Shown here piece after piece: positions 7,987-19,085 of a DNA stretch of 56,343 nt. The notes under the pieces are model-generated. The model was not told the origin of the DNA and searched no databases. It saw nothing but the letters and a program-made list of their open reading frames with translations. The position numbers and the translations under genes are program-made. Origin of the DNA: an uncultured Anaerolineales bacterium (lineage in GTDB: Bacteria > Chloroflexota > Anaerolineae > B4-G1 > SLSP01); assembly GCA_964508025.1 (NCBI GenBank), contig CAZDSF010000004.1, forward strand, positions 1,625 through 57,967, in the 5' to 3' direction. The first letter of the stretch is position 1, and every line of letters begins with the position of its first letter.

Positions 7987-10900
7987 CTAAAGTTGATTGT
8001 TACCAAACACATACTTATGTTGCTCACAAATCCCCGCCCAGGTCTCTTTTCGATACCCAAAGCGCAGCACCGTGTACCCCGCATCCATCAGGCAGTCCGT
8101 GATCTGCACGTCCTTCGCCTGCACGTCTGGTTGGTCATGGTCGGGGCCGTCAATATACACGGCCACCCGCGTCGCGGTGTAGAGGAAGTCCGGGCGGGTG
8201 TGACAGGCCGCCACTACCACTTGCGCCTCATCCGGCAAGCGCAGGTTGCGCTCCTCCAGGAACGCCAACCAGGCACGCTCCAGGCTGCTTTCGCAGAGCG
8301 CCTGAAGACGGCGCAGGTGCCCGGCGCGGCTTTCCCCCGTGGGGCTGGCCTGTACTACGCTGTATTTCAAGATCAGCAATAGATCACGGATGGCCTGCCG
8401 GTCGAGCCGACTATGATCCGGCTGATTGGCGTAGCTCATCAGGCAGTCGTAGCACGCCGCCTCGCAATCCTCCTGCGCCCCTGGCGCGTGGTGCAAATCG
8501 GCCCCGGTCTCCGGGTCGAAGTGGCATAAGGCCAATGCCTCGCGCGCCACGGCGGGCCAGGCTGCCGGGTCTTCCACCAACTGCCGCAGCACGCCCGCGC
8601 CGCCCTCAGCAGCTTCGTAGAACAGTAACATATGCCGATGCTCGGCATCGGGCAGCGGCTCAGCGGCGAGTTCGTTATCCTCCAATTGGTAGCGCACCTG
8701 GATGGCGTTCTTGAGTGCCGGTTGCAACGAGGCCATCACTTCCAGGGAGAGCGCCTCGGTCGGTTCGAGCAAGAGACAGTTGCGGCGATCCTCCACAAAG
8801 GGAATCACCCGTTCGGTCCGCGGGCTGAGTGGGTCTTCGGGGTCGCTTTCCACCGCGTCTTGATTAGCGGCCCAGTAGCCATTCTCCACATCCAGAATGA
8901 AACCGTATTCCTCTTTGTTCTTGCGCCGCCGCCAGCCCAGATTGATACGCCACAGCGTTGCAGCATCGCCGTAAGTAAGCCGGAAGGTGACATGGTGACT
9001 TGGTGATGGGGTGGGGGGGGGCGGGGGGGCCGGGGCCCCGCCCCGACAAGGTGAAGAGGTGAATCTGTCACCTTGTCACCAGCGCCACCTTGTCCCCGTA
9101 TCACCCCGTCACCTTGCCACCTTGTCACCCCATCACCTATCACTACTTCCGCTGTTATACACCCGGACCGATCCCCGCGTTGGGCAAAGCGCACGCCCGT
9201 CTTGAGATCATACCCCATCCGCGTCCGCTCTTCCTCATCGCTGTTGATGCGGTCACGGCGCTTGGTAACGACATTCTGCATCCTAAAGAGCCCCGTCAAT
9301 GGCAGGCCCAGGGCGCGTTCACAATAGACACAGCACTCTGGCCCTGGATCGTCGCCATCTAGCGGATGTAAGTGGCCGCAATGCGGACAGAACTTAGCCC
9401 GGGTGGTGAGCACCTCCTCGCTATCTACAGGCAGGATCACCTTGTTGATCAGGTAGCGCGAGCCTTCGTGATAGACAATGCTGCGCGGCCCGAACTCCGC
9501 AATCGCCAGGAAGCGCGGGCGCGAGAGAAACTCGTCGCGTTCTTTGCGCCGTTTGCGCCCCGGAATGTAGGCGGAAAGCGGCAGACGCGGGAAATTGTAA
9601 CCCGGCAGGAAACCCTCGCTGGCAAAGTAGCGATAGCTGTAGAAATCGGATTGCGTCGCTCGTTGGAGGTCCTCGCCGGTGAGCAATTCCATCTGCGCCT
9701 CAGCTTCGGCGCGCAACCGCTTGGCGAGCTGCTTGTCTTGCGGGCTGCGCGAAATATCCTGGATGATGCCATGCTGTACCGCGCGTTGCTGCCAGGCGGC
9801 GCGATACAGGGCGCGCCAGCGCTCGCAAGCCTGGTCGAAGTCTTGCGCTACCTGGTCGAGCGTCTGCTGCAGCCAGTTGTCATGATACCAGGCTGCCTGC
9901 TGCAAGTCCTCCGCCAATGTGACAAAGATGCGGCCCAGGCGGCGCGCAGCCCGCTGCCGGGCATGTGGATCCTGAAGGTCGTGTTGCACTGAGGGCAGTA
10001 GCGTCAACGGCGGCGTTCCCTCTGTCAGCGTCAGGTCGAGCAGGTCTTTCAGCGAATGCCCCAAGGATAACCCAGCCTCTGCCAACCACACGGCATGGAC
10101 GTGCGCGCGCACCAGGTCTTCGTTCGCCAACTCCAGGCGCGGCGGCGTCACTGCTCCGGCCACCATGCGCTCTGGCCGTTTGAAGAAATACTGGTCGTGC
10201 GGACTGCCGGTGGTGCAATAGGTGAACACCAGCGCCGGTTGTCCGCTCCGCCCAGCGCGTCCACTGCGCTGCGCGTAGTTCGCCGGCGTGGGCGGCACGT
10301 TGCGCAGGTTCACGGCATTGAGCTGCGAGATGTCCACGCCCAGTTCCATGGTGGGAGAGCAGTACAGCACCGGCAAATCGGCGTTGCGGAAACGCTCCTC
10401 GCGCTCCAAACGCTCTTCGTAGGGTACCTGGGCCGTGTGCTCGCGCGCCTCAATGCCCTGAAGTTCAGCGGCCACATCCCGGTAGAAGGTGGTAAAGAAG
10501 GCATTGCTCCGCCCGCCCTGGCTGGATTGGCGCGGCGAGCGGATAGGGTCATAGAAAGGCGTGCCGTCGCCCGCGCACCAGAGCAACGCCGAAGCCGGCA
10601 CTTGATAGCCCGTCGCGTGGGGATCAAGTTTGCTTTCCACTACCTGCTGGGTCAGACTGGCGACTTCCAGCACACGCAACAGGTCGGAGATGACCTGCCC
10701 GGCATCGGCCTGGCTGAGTTTTTCGGCCAGCGCCGGAAAGGCGCCCTGGCGGCGCAGATACATCCCGAAGCCGCCGCGCGGCGAGAGATACAAGTTGCCG
10801 CCGTAATCGCCGCGTTGCGCCGCGCGCGGGAACACGATTTTGGCATGTTCCAATACCTCGTTTTCGTCAATCGCCCACGGCTCGATCAGGTACTGGCTGC

Positions 10901-13316
10901 TCTGCTGCTGGATGCGTTCTTGATGCGCCGGATCGAGATAATCCACTTTGAGCGCCAGTTCCCGGCGCAGATAGTCCAGCAGCGTCTTGGCAATGTGGAA
11001 CCGCTGCTCGGGCGTGGCCGTCGCCAGCGCCGGGTGCAGGGCCGACCATTCTGCTTCCGCCGCGCACAGGGCGTCTAGTGATTGATACCGAATACTCAGC
11101 AGTCCACACTGCTCCAGGTTCGGCGCCGTGACACGCCAGCCGCGTCGCAGATCCCGGTAGAGGCGATAAGCCAGCACTTCCCGCAGCGCCCGCTCGGTGT
11201 CATCGCGGGCTTTGAATTTGACCTCCGGGTTCACGGCGTAATACGCCAGGGGCAACCCCAAGGCTACAAACACACGCCCGGCCAGCCGGTCATGGGTTAA
11301 CCCCTCCGGGCCGGCCGCTATCACCGCGCGATGCAGAGCCGCGCGCAGCAAGCCCACTTCCACAAAGTCATTGAAGTGCCCGGCTTGCAACGAGGCATCC
11401 TGGCGGTTGTCGGTGAAACTGAGCAGTTTCCGCGCCTTACGCTCCAACGCCTCGTCGCGACGCAGCGCTCGCAGCGCGGAGAGACTCAGAATTGTGGTGG
11501 CCGTGCTCCGCCCCTCAGAGGAAAGTTCCGCCAGTTTGCCGAAGTCCGAACGCTCCCGCCCGCCGTAGGCTACACCGCAATGCAGGCAAAAGCGGAACGG
11601 CGCCTGGAGGAAGTGACATTCCAACCCCGTCGCCACGCTCTCACCCGCTGGGTTGACCGTGACCGGCGTCGGCAAGCGGCGTTTGAGGTGGCTCTTGACC
11701 TTGAGCGTCCCATCGGGACGGATATCCAACCAGTCTTCGGGGAGCCGCGCCAGCACCGCCTCCGGATCCTCCGGCCAGGGGGCCGCTGGGTTGAGATATA
11801 GAAAGCCGCTTTCACTATCCTCCTCACCACTCTGATCACCCAGGTCGCGGGGGATGTAACCGGTCGCACCGCTGTCGGGAGCGGGTTGCTGACGCACCAC
11901 ATAGTAAGGTTGGCCGCATTCCCGGCAGAAAGCCAGCGGCAATAGCACCCGCGTCCGGTCGCCCGGTACATACTGCTGGCCGCGCGTGGTGATGTAGCGG
12001 TTATCGGGCGATTCCAAGGAGGCGTAGACTGTGTCCCCACGGCTGATGAACTGGTGCAAACGGAAGGCAAAGGCCGGGAAGCCCGTTTCGGGGTTTTCGG
12101 CGGCATACCCGCCTAACAACGTGGCAGCGATCGCTGCGGCACACCGTGCTTCGGGTTGCCGGGTAAGCGCCGCCAATTCCTGCGCCGCGCCTGTCTCGCC
12201 GGTGATGCTGCGGGGTTGCGCCCGCCGCAGGCGTCCGCTCTCCGGCTCGGTGGTCAGGCCAAAGACGGATTCGATCCAACTTGCCAATGGTTGCTGCACG
12301 AAATCCGCAAAGTTCTTCGAGGGCTGAGCAGCGGAATCTGCAACTTGGGCGGTCAGCGCCGCTCGATAAGTCGGATCTTGGAAGTCGCGCTCCGGCGTGA
12401 CCCGGCGTAACGTCTCGCCGATCACCCGTTCCGGTTTGACCACTGCCCCAAACAGGCGGCTGGCGACCTCGGCGATAGTCTGCTGCTGTTCACTGAAGGT
12501 CCCGCCCGCTGCCAGCGTTGCCGAGGTGCCGATACACTGCAAAGCTGCATTCTCACTCACGTCCCGCACCCGCCGTACCAGAAGCGCCACGTCCGCGCCT
12601 TGACGCCCCCGATAGGTGTGTAATTCGTCCAATACCACATAACTCAGCCCCCGCAACCCGGCCACTATGTTCTGCTCGTGCGGGCGGGTGAGGAGTAATT
12701 CCAGCATCACATAGTTAGTCAACAGGATGTCCGGCGGGTTGACGATGATGTCTTGCTTTTCGGCATCGGATTCCTGCCCGGTATAGCGCCGAAACGTCAC
12801 CGGCGGCTGACCCTGGGGGAAGCCCTGCCCGAGGAATTTCTCCAGCTCGTTCAACTGACTGTTCGCCAGTGCATTCATCGGATAGACAATCACGGCGCGG
12901 ATGCCCTTGCCGCTGCCACGGCGTAGCACGGCATCCACAATGGGGATAATGTAAGCCAGGCTCTTGCCCGAACCCGTGCCAGTGGTGAGCACATAGTTGT
13001 CGCCGGTTTGCGCGGCCTGGATGGCTTCAAGTTGGTGCCGGTGGAGGTGCAAGGGGCGGGCTATTTGGCCCGGCGTCTTCAGTTGAAAGATCTCCCGACA
13101 CAGTGGGTGTAGTGTTCCATCCTGCACGAGCGCTGCTATCCCTGCGCCTGGTGCGAAGGCCGGGTTGAGTTGAATCAGGGGTTCGGGCCACAACAACCCG
13201 GCTTCCAATTCCGTGGTAACAGCAGTGGCAATCCGGGGATCGCTAATGTGGATGAAACTCTGAATGTAAGCGGCGTAATCCTCAACCAGGCGTTGCCGTA
13301 GCGCAAAGACATCCAT
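7987..13316 (-). CDS. Large YprA/DrmAB-like DEAD/DEAH-box helicase with DUF1998 and a C-terminal DUF559/Vsr-like nuclease; frameshift near 9005-9070
   Basis: TGTGSGKS, DELH, SAT, EHTAQV, CSPTMELGVDI..NYAQRSGRAGR and CxxC pairs in 8805-13316. The frame of ORF 7987-8889 is open upstream (..VTFRLTYGDAATLWRINLGWRRRKNKEEYGFILDVENGYW..) and carries CEAACYDCLMSY and RPDF..AVYIDGPDH..LRF. Confidence 0.85.
8984..9140. repeat. Inverted octamer-array hairpin inserted inside the DEAD-box helicase gene
   Basis: Minus strand AGGTGATG GGGTGACA AGGTGGCA AGGTGACG GGGTGATA CGGGGACA..AGGTGACA, then TTCACC..[C-rich garble]..CATCACC AAGTCACC ATGTCACC. Confidence 0.85.
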
Positions 13317-13363
13317 GTGTGACTCCTTGGCTCAGGTTATACAACAAAACCCCACCGATGCAT

Positions 13364-13392
13364 TTGACACCGGCGGGGTTTGCTGCTACACT
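13364..13392 (+). promoter_or_regulatory. Sigma70-type promoter TTGACA-17-TACACT
   Basis: TTGACA 13364-13369, 17-nt spacer, TACACT 13387-13392; the -35 is enclosed by an AAACCCC/GGGGTTT inverted repeat. Confidence 0.7.
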
Positions 13393-13397
13393 ATTCC

Positions 13398-13483
13398 CCA
13401 TCAGGGCGGTGTCGCGCCTTGAAACCCTTTCCTCACAAAGGAAAGATAGCCCCGCGATCTGATCCGTTGCGGGGCTTTTTGTT
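13398..13483 (+). ncRNA. Candidate ~85-nt structured small RNA
   Basis: Follows a consensus promoter; hairpins GGCG-GTGTCG-CGCC and CTTTCCT-CACAA-AGGAAAG; ends in AGCCCCGC..GCGGGGCT-TTTT terminator; no convincing ORF. Confidence 0.5.
13448..13483 (+). terminator. Intrinsic terminator
   Basis: AGCCCCGC (13448-55) / GCGGGGCT (13469-76) followed by TTTTGTT. Confidence 0.7.
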
Positions 13484-13901
13484 GCCTCTCGAACGCTCTC
13501 AGTTTAGCATGATTTGCGGAATCGGGCAACTTAGGATCGGGCAGGGCATTCATACAGGCTGCCATCCCCTGGCAGATCAGCGATTTCAGCGTGGAGCAGT
13601 ATCGGACGTCGTTGCCGGTCTTGCACGTGCAGATTCAGACCTACGCTCGTATGATATGATACGACAATGCCACTAGATCTTGTTGCCCTTTTCGCCTCGT
13701 GCTTGCGCGAACAGCCGGGACATTGACCAACAGGCGTCCAGGGTATAGGCGCGCGTTTCTTCAGAAAGGCTATTCAAGTAGATAGCCAGGGCTTCGATTT
13801 CTGGATCCACTTCCGTTGAGAAAATCATAGTAGTTACGCGGTTGACTTAAAACCGGCACAGCTGGGTTACAATAGCGATATCTTTACAACTCAAGGAGAT
13901 C

Positions 13902-14204
13902 TTGATGCTGACTCGCTTGTATCCCAGTACACGCCCATTGTACCAGCGCGTGATGCAAGTCTTGGCCCGTTTGAACGTGGATACAGTCTGCACGCCCACG
14001 CAACTGGCATTAATCGGATTGTACCTCGCCGGGTTGATCTTGCTGGATGTCAATCAAACTAACACTCGGATCACACAATATCTGCCGGCGCGGTGTTATG
14101 ATGCGCTCAATTGGCTGTTACGGGTGATGCCGTTTTCCAGTCGCGTCCTGCTGGCTTGCTGCGCCCAGTGGGTGCAGCGGCGCGGGCTTCTGCGCTCCCT
14201 GTGA
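13902..14204 (+). mobile_element. Transposase N-terminal remnant (IS701/IS4-like)
   Basis: LYLAGLILLD..T.TRI..YLPARCYDALNWLLRVMP resembles DDE-transposase N-termini recalled from Chloroflexota; truncated at ~100 aa. Confidence 0.5.
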
Positions 14205-14614
14205 AGCTCGTGGTGCAAAGCGCTTGCTTCGTCAACGGGGTGACCGCGCCAACCCCGGACGAAATCCTTGTTTGCGCTTCAGAGGTGCTGTGCGAGGCGT
14301 AGCGTGATCTCGGTCAGTGACTTGCTACGAAAGCCAGTGCTTGTGTCAAAGCGCCGCCATGGGCAGTAGCATTGATCCTCAATCGCAATCGTATTGTTGC
14401 CACACGCCGCACGAGCATTGGCAGAACGAGCCCCACCTGCTAGATCCGAGATGACGAGATGACTGGCGGCTTGTCAATAATCGAAAATGTGGTATAAGAA
14501 AGAAGTTAAAAGCTTAGGGACCAGTTGCGAGACAGCTGCCCCAAAACTCCGCGAAATAGGGGTAAATGGGTTTTGTTGTGTGCTTGCTCCTAACTGGGCA
14601 CTTAATCTTTTCCT

Positions 14615-14687
14615 GGCCCGCTAGCTCAACTGGCAGAGCAGTTGACTCTTAATCAATTGGTTACAGGTTCGAGTCCTGTGCGGGTCA
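14615..14687 (+). tRNA. tRNA-Lys(CTT)
   Basis: GGCCCGC/GCGGGTC acceptor stem, D arm GCTCAACTGGCAGAGC, anticodon arm GTTGA-CTCTTAA-TCAAT, T loop GGTTCGAGTCC; 73 nt, CCA not encoded. Confidence 0.95.
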
Positions 14688-14703
14688 TACGTGGTTAAGC
14701 CAG

Positions 14704-14736
14704 GCGCCCCATCTTGTAGGATGGGGCGCTTTTTGT
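14704..14736 (+). terminator. Intrinsic terminator downstream of the tRNA
   Basis: GCGCCCCATC / GATGGGGCGC 10-bp stem followed by TTTTTGTT. Confidence 0.75.
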
Positions 14737-14749
14737 TGGGTAATTCTGA

Positions 14750-15055
14750 CCAGAAACTGCCAGTGCATTACCGATAGTGATAAGCAATACTGATTTTTGA
14801 CGATTTTATAGATTGCTATACTGAATGGGTTCAGCCTGGTCAAGCGGCTTTTGGGCTTTGGGCCTCGCCTTATGATTGGCGTCTTGAAGAGTATACCGCA
14901 AACTGCAGCAGGTAAACCGGGGCAATGGGCGTCAGCGGAAAGACCAGACAATAAGCCAGGTCGCAACCGCTGGCAAGCAGGCCGAGGATGGCCGTCCCAC
15001 GATGGGAGGGCAGCAGCATAAGCGAAAAAAAAGCAGTCCTGCCAGGGCAACCGCT
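14750..15055 (-). mobile_element. Possible degenerate transposase C-terminal remnant (IS4-like)
   Basis: LPWQ..and a basic RRGPKPKSR..YKIVK tail reminiscent of IS4-type C-termini; weak. Confidence 0.3.
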
Positions 15056-15161
15056 AGAGTGTATTCCAGGATTCAGTCTGTTTTATGAGTACATCGTAAA
15101 TCGTTCAAGAAATGGATGGGGGTTACGCTGCGCGAGTACCGTCAGGATTCGGCCCATCTGT

Positions 15162-15932
15162 CTATGGGCTAGTTTTTGCGCCGATGTCCAGCACACCGAG
15201 CAAAATCGGTAATAGCCCCACCCCATTGCTGATGAAGTGCATGACCAGCCCGGCGGAACTGTTGTTCAGGTACAGGACGGCGAAGGTCAGGCCGAGCGAG
15301 AGCGGCAGCAGGTTGAGCAAATCCCAATACTTGAAGCCGTGAAAGAGCGTCCACAGCAGGGCGTGGATGAGCAATGTCCCGCCGGCAAAGGCCAGTTGCT
15401 GGCGGGGCAGAATCAGTCCGCGCCACCAGAATTCCTCTCCCACCACGTTTATCACCAGAAGAAGCACCGAAAAGCAGAACAGGAACCAGTTGCCGCGCAA
15501 CCCGCCGGTGGCAGCGTTGATGGTCTCTTGCGTCCAGACCGTTTGCGGGTTAACGAAGGCGGGTAGGTTGGCGGGCAACGTGATGATTCCCTGCCCAATC
15601 AGCCAACCAGTGAGCCGCGTCATCAGCAGGTAGAGCGCCATCTCGACGGCGAAAATCCCGGCCACAATCAGCAGGTCACGCAGTGAGAGTGGACGATAGT
15701 TGAAGCGCGCCATCAACGCCGACCAGGTGAACGGGTGGCCCTCCAGCCGGTAAGCCACAATCGCAGCGATCAGCATCGCCAGCAAGGGCAGGCCCAGGCC
15801 GAGCGCGTAGGCGTAGTAGGGCAATATGCCACGCTGGATGAGAGCGGGCATCAGCAGGTAAAAGCCCGCCGCCAGCGCCAGCGCTGGGATGCCAAAATAG
15901 AGCAAGGAAAGCTTGAAGCTGATAGGTTTCAT
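15162..15932 (-). CDS. CPBP (Abi/CAAX) intramembrane glutamic endopeptidase
   Basis: GEEFWWRG, LFHGF, VMHFISN motifs; hydrophobic. Confidence 0.85.
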   Translation of the reverse strand: MKPISFKLSLLYFGIPALALAAGFYLLMPALIQRGILPYYAYALGLGLPLLAMLIAAIVAYRLEGHPFTWSALMARFNYRPLSLRDLLIVAGIFAVEMALYLLMTRLTGWLIGQGIITLPANLPAFVNPQTVWTQETINAATGGLRGNWFLFCFSVLLLVINVVGEEFWWRGLILPRQQLAFAGGTLLIHALLWTLFHGFKYWDLLNLLPLSLGLTFAVLYLNNSSAGLVMHFISNGVGLLPILLGVLDIGAKTSP

Positions 15933-15947
15933 TGATCGCTGCCCGCC

Positions 15948-16796
15948 TCAAACAAGGTACAGCGTGGGTAACAACACTGCCACCGCCAGCAGCAGGCTCA
16001 TTCCAGCAACCGCTATCCAAGCCGGAGTCAGGGTTCTGGGCAGGGCAACCGGGTTAGGCAAAGGCTTGTGGACATCCAGCCAGTAGGCGGCCAGGAAGAA
16101 TCCCCAAAAGAAGCCGACATAGCCAAACCAGTATTGGAATGCTACAGTAAATGTTCCCTGACCGCCGAGCGGATGCCAGATTGCCAGGGTGGTAAATAAA
16201 ATATTGATGGCGAGATAGGGGAGGAGCAGCAGGGGCAAGGCAATCCGCGCGCGTTCGGCTTTATCGCTGGCATCAACAGCAAAGCGCAAAGCAGAGCGCG
16301 CCAGCCAGAAAAAGCCCCACAAGATTCCGGCTACACCGACCAGCAGGATGGGAATACGCACCGCCCATGAGCCGCCCAACATCTGGATGACTTTTTGCCA
16401 GTCCCCGACCTGCTCGCTGCCGGGCTGGTAGAACAGCGGGTCCACGAACAGATAGCCAAAGCCCATAAACAGGTTGTAGGCTGCGAAATACATCCAGAAC
16501 TGGGCTGGCATGGCGCGCTGCTGGCGGGCAGTTCGACCGAAGAGGAAGACTCCCAGAAAACCAAGCAGGATATTCAACAGCGCGGGAACAGCCTCCACCA
16601 GCACTGTGCCGGTTTCATTCGGCGCGCCGGGCCAGTCCCACAGCACGGCAAACAGGTTGAATGCCTGCCACTCCGCGCCGACCAGCACGGCGGTAATGCC
16701 ATGAAAGGCTTCGTGCAATATCTGCGCCCCAAGCGCGCCCAACAGGGCGGCGGTCAAGGCATTAATCAAGATGGGGGAATGTAACTTTGTATTCAT
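15948..16796 (-). CDS. Membrane protein with HExxH (M50-like metallopeptidase)
   Basis: ILHEAFHG in the first TM segment; multiple TM helices. Confidence 0.6.
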   Translation of the reverse strand: MNTKLHSPILINALTAALLGALGAQILHEAFHGITAVLVGAEWQAFNLFAVLWDWPGAPNETGTVLVEAVPALLNILLGFLGVFLFGRTARQQRAMPAQFWMYFAAYNLFMGFGYLFVDPLFYQPGSEQVGDWQKVIQMLGGSWAVRIPILLVGVAGILWGFFWLARSALRFAVDASDKAERARIALPLLLLPYLAINILFTTLAIWHPLGGQGTFTVAFQYWFGYVGFFWGFFLAAYWLDVHKPLPNPVALPRTLTPAWIAVAGMSLLLAVAVLLPTLYLV

Positions 16797-16825
16797 GTTT
16801 CCTCCTGCTAAAACTATTATAGTGA

Positions 16826-17701
16826 TTATGATTGCGCCAGCCAGGTTGAAACCTGCCGGTGATAGTCCGCCGGCCGTTCAAGGAAGGGCAGATGTCCCGC
16901 GCCAGGGAGCAAGACCAGGCTGGCTTGCGGGATGTGTTTGGCAATCAGGGGGGATTGGGTGGGCGGGACGATGGGGTCATGGTCGCCGGCAATGAGCAGG
17001 CTCGGGGCCTGGATGGCGTTCAGTTGCGGGGTGATGTCAATCCCTGGCATGTGACGGAAATAGGGCAGGATGGCGTCAAGGTCGAGTCGGCGGTAGGGCG
17101 GGAAATTACGCTGGACGGCTTCGGGCAGGTCGGGATGGGCATACAGCGCATGCGCGTCGGCGGCGTAAAAGCGCATTGCCCAGCGATAAAGGGAGGCGTG
17201 CGGCATGAGCGAGCGAAACATGACCTTGAAGTATGTCTCACCAACCCAGCCCAGGCGGACGGCGCGCTGGTAGAGTCCCAACATGCCACTCCAACACCCA
17301 TGCGCAAAACCGGAGACGCTGATTAGACGGCGAACCCGCTCCGGGTAACGGGCGGCAAGGGCCAGGGCGCAGAATCCGCCTGTCGAATGACCGACCAGGC
17401 TGACGGGGCGTTCGCCGACCAGTTGGCGGATTCCGGCTTCGAGCAGGCTGACCAGCCGTTCAGCGGTCAATCTCCCGGATTTGAATTCATCCGGCGCAAG
17501 AGCCGGGAAATGCCCAGGCAGGCTGAGGGCGTAACACGGGCCAAACTCGAGCAGATAGGGGGCCGGGTTAACCTGCCAGAAAGAAATCGAACTGGTGATG
17601 CCATGCAACAGGATAATCGGCTCGCCGGGCGCGCCGGGGTTCAGGCAAATCGCGGCCAGTTGGTGGCCGTCAACGGAGATGCAGACAGGTTGGCTTGACA
17701 T
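16826..17701 (-). CDS. Alpha/beta hydrolase
   Basis: LLHGIT, GHSTGG nucleophile elbow, GDHDPIV, GAGHLP. Confidence 0.88.
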   Translation of the reverse strand: MSSQPVCISVDGHQLAAICLNPGAPGEPIILLHGITSSISFWQVNPAPYLLEFGPCYALSLPGHFPALAPDEFKSGRLTAERLVSLLEAGIRQLVGERPVSLVGHSTGGFCALALAARYPERVRRLISVSGFAHGCWSGMLGLYQRAVRLGWVGETYFKVMFRSLMPHASLYRWAMRFYAADAHALYAHPDLPEAVQRNFPPYRRLDLDAILPYFRHMPGIDITPQLNAIQAPSLLIAGDHDPIVPPTQSPLIAKHIPQASLVLLPGAGHLPFLERPADYHRQVSTWLAQS

Positions 17702-17709
17702 TGGTGCCC

Positions 17710-19039
17710 TTACTTCGGGGTGCGCTTCAAAATCTCGCGCACGATGTACCAGGCGGTAATCATGGCGGTTGACGCGCCGCCGGGGTTGAAGACGTAATGA
17801 TCAACGGTGTAAAAATTCTTGAGCGGCAGGTCTTTGGAAAAATTGAAGCGCGGCGCGAGCGCGGGATTCCAGTTCCAGCCAGTGATGGCACCCTGCCAGT
17901 TGGCGGTGTAGCGTTCGTAGGTCAGCGGCGATGCGGAATCTTGCGCTTTGATATGGGCGCGCAAGCCGGATAGGAATTCCTCGGCGCGGGTGATGAGTTC
18001 ATCGGCGACGGCGGCTTTGCGGGTCTGGTAGGCGACGTCATCGCCTTTGAGCGGCTCCCAATTCTGGTAATCATCCAACCAACCGACGAACAGGCTGTGT
18101 TTGCCAGCCGGGGCAATCGAGGGAGCATCCTTGTCCAGCCAGACAACCTGGATGGTTTTCCCATGGGCGCAAGTGAAGATGACGTGCGGCTCATGGAAAC
18201 GTTGAAAGGCGCGCTCCAGTTCTGGGCTGGCGCGCAAGCCCAGGAAAACGGCAAAGACCGGCTCGGAAGGGCGCGCCGCTTCCAATTTGGCAACCAGGCC
18301 GGGGGTGAGATGCTCACGCCCGAGCAACTCGAAGCAGGTGTGACGCAAATCGGCAACGGAGATTACCCAGTCCGAGTCGCGCGTCGTCCCATCCCCTCGC
18401 GTGATACCGGTTGCCCGGCTATTTTCCATCCGAATGCGCTGCACCGGCCTTCCCAGGTGAACTTCGCCGCCGTGTTCGCGGATAAGTCGGACGAAGGTGT
18501 TGGCGAAGGCTTGCATGTCGTCAGCCGGGGCCCAGGTATCGTTGAAGTACGAAATCCACATGCCGAGGCTGTTTTGGGCGGGTATGACCGGGTAAGCCAG
18601 TTCGTCGAGCATTTGGCGCAAGGCCGGATCGCTGAAGTGGCGGGCGTGCAGGCTGACATTGGTCTGTCCGCGCGCGACCCACGAGGCCCAGGGCATGAGC
18701 GGATGTTTGATGAGCAGGTTCAGCCAACTCATCCCGCACCTGCAACGCGCTGCGCAGGGCAACGTCGTGTTCGCCCCAACTCATCTGGTGGCCAACATGC
18801 AAGAACTTGCGTTTGCCTTCCAGCCCCAGCTTCCGCAGAATCGGGAAGACGATGCCGTTCGAGGTGATGGAGGTTGGCCCGGCTGGAAAGGTGAAACCGT
18901 CTCGCACGAAGGATGAGATATAGCCGCCGGGGAGCATGTGCTGTTTGTATACGTCCACCTTCAGCCCGGCGCGGGCGAGATAAGCGGCGGCGGTCAGTCC
19001 CGGCCATACTGGCGCAATGATGGCCACGGTTTCAGGCAT
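17710..19039 (-). pseudogene. Phytoene-desaturase-like FAD oxidoreductase, disrupted
   Basis: N-terminal half (GLTAAAYLARAG..PGGYISSFVRDGFTF) and C-terminal half (SPLTYERYTAN.QGA..GW) are in different frames, joined near 18722; Rossmann motif scrambled. Confidence 0.75.
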
Positions 19040-19085
19040 CCATACATCCCTTGGTCATCGTTTACCCCCTGACGGTGAAATTATC

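Noticed and set aside
13673-13828. Tyrosine-integrase remnant (MIFSTEVDPEIEALAIYLNSLSEETR..GEKGNKI)
   Set aside because: Only 51 aa with faint resemblance and no catalytic R-H-R-Y residues visible; a profile search would be needed.
14615-14687. tRNA-Lys as an att site of an integrated element
   Set aside because: No duplicate of the tRNA 3' end and no intact integrase were found by eye in the window.
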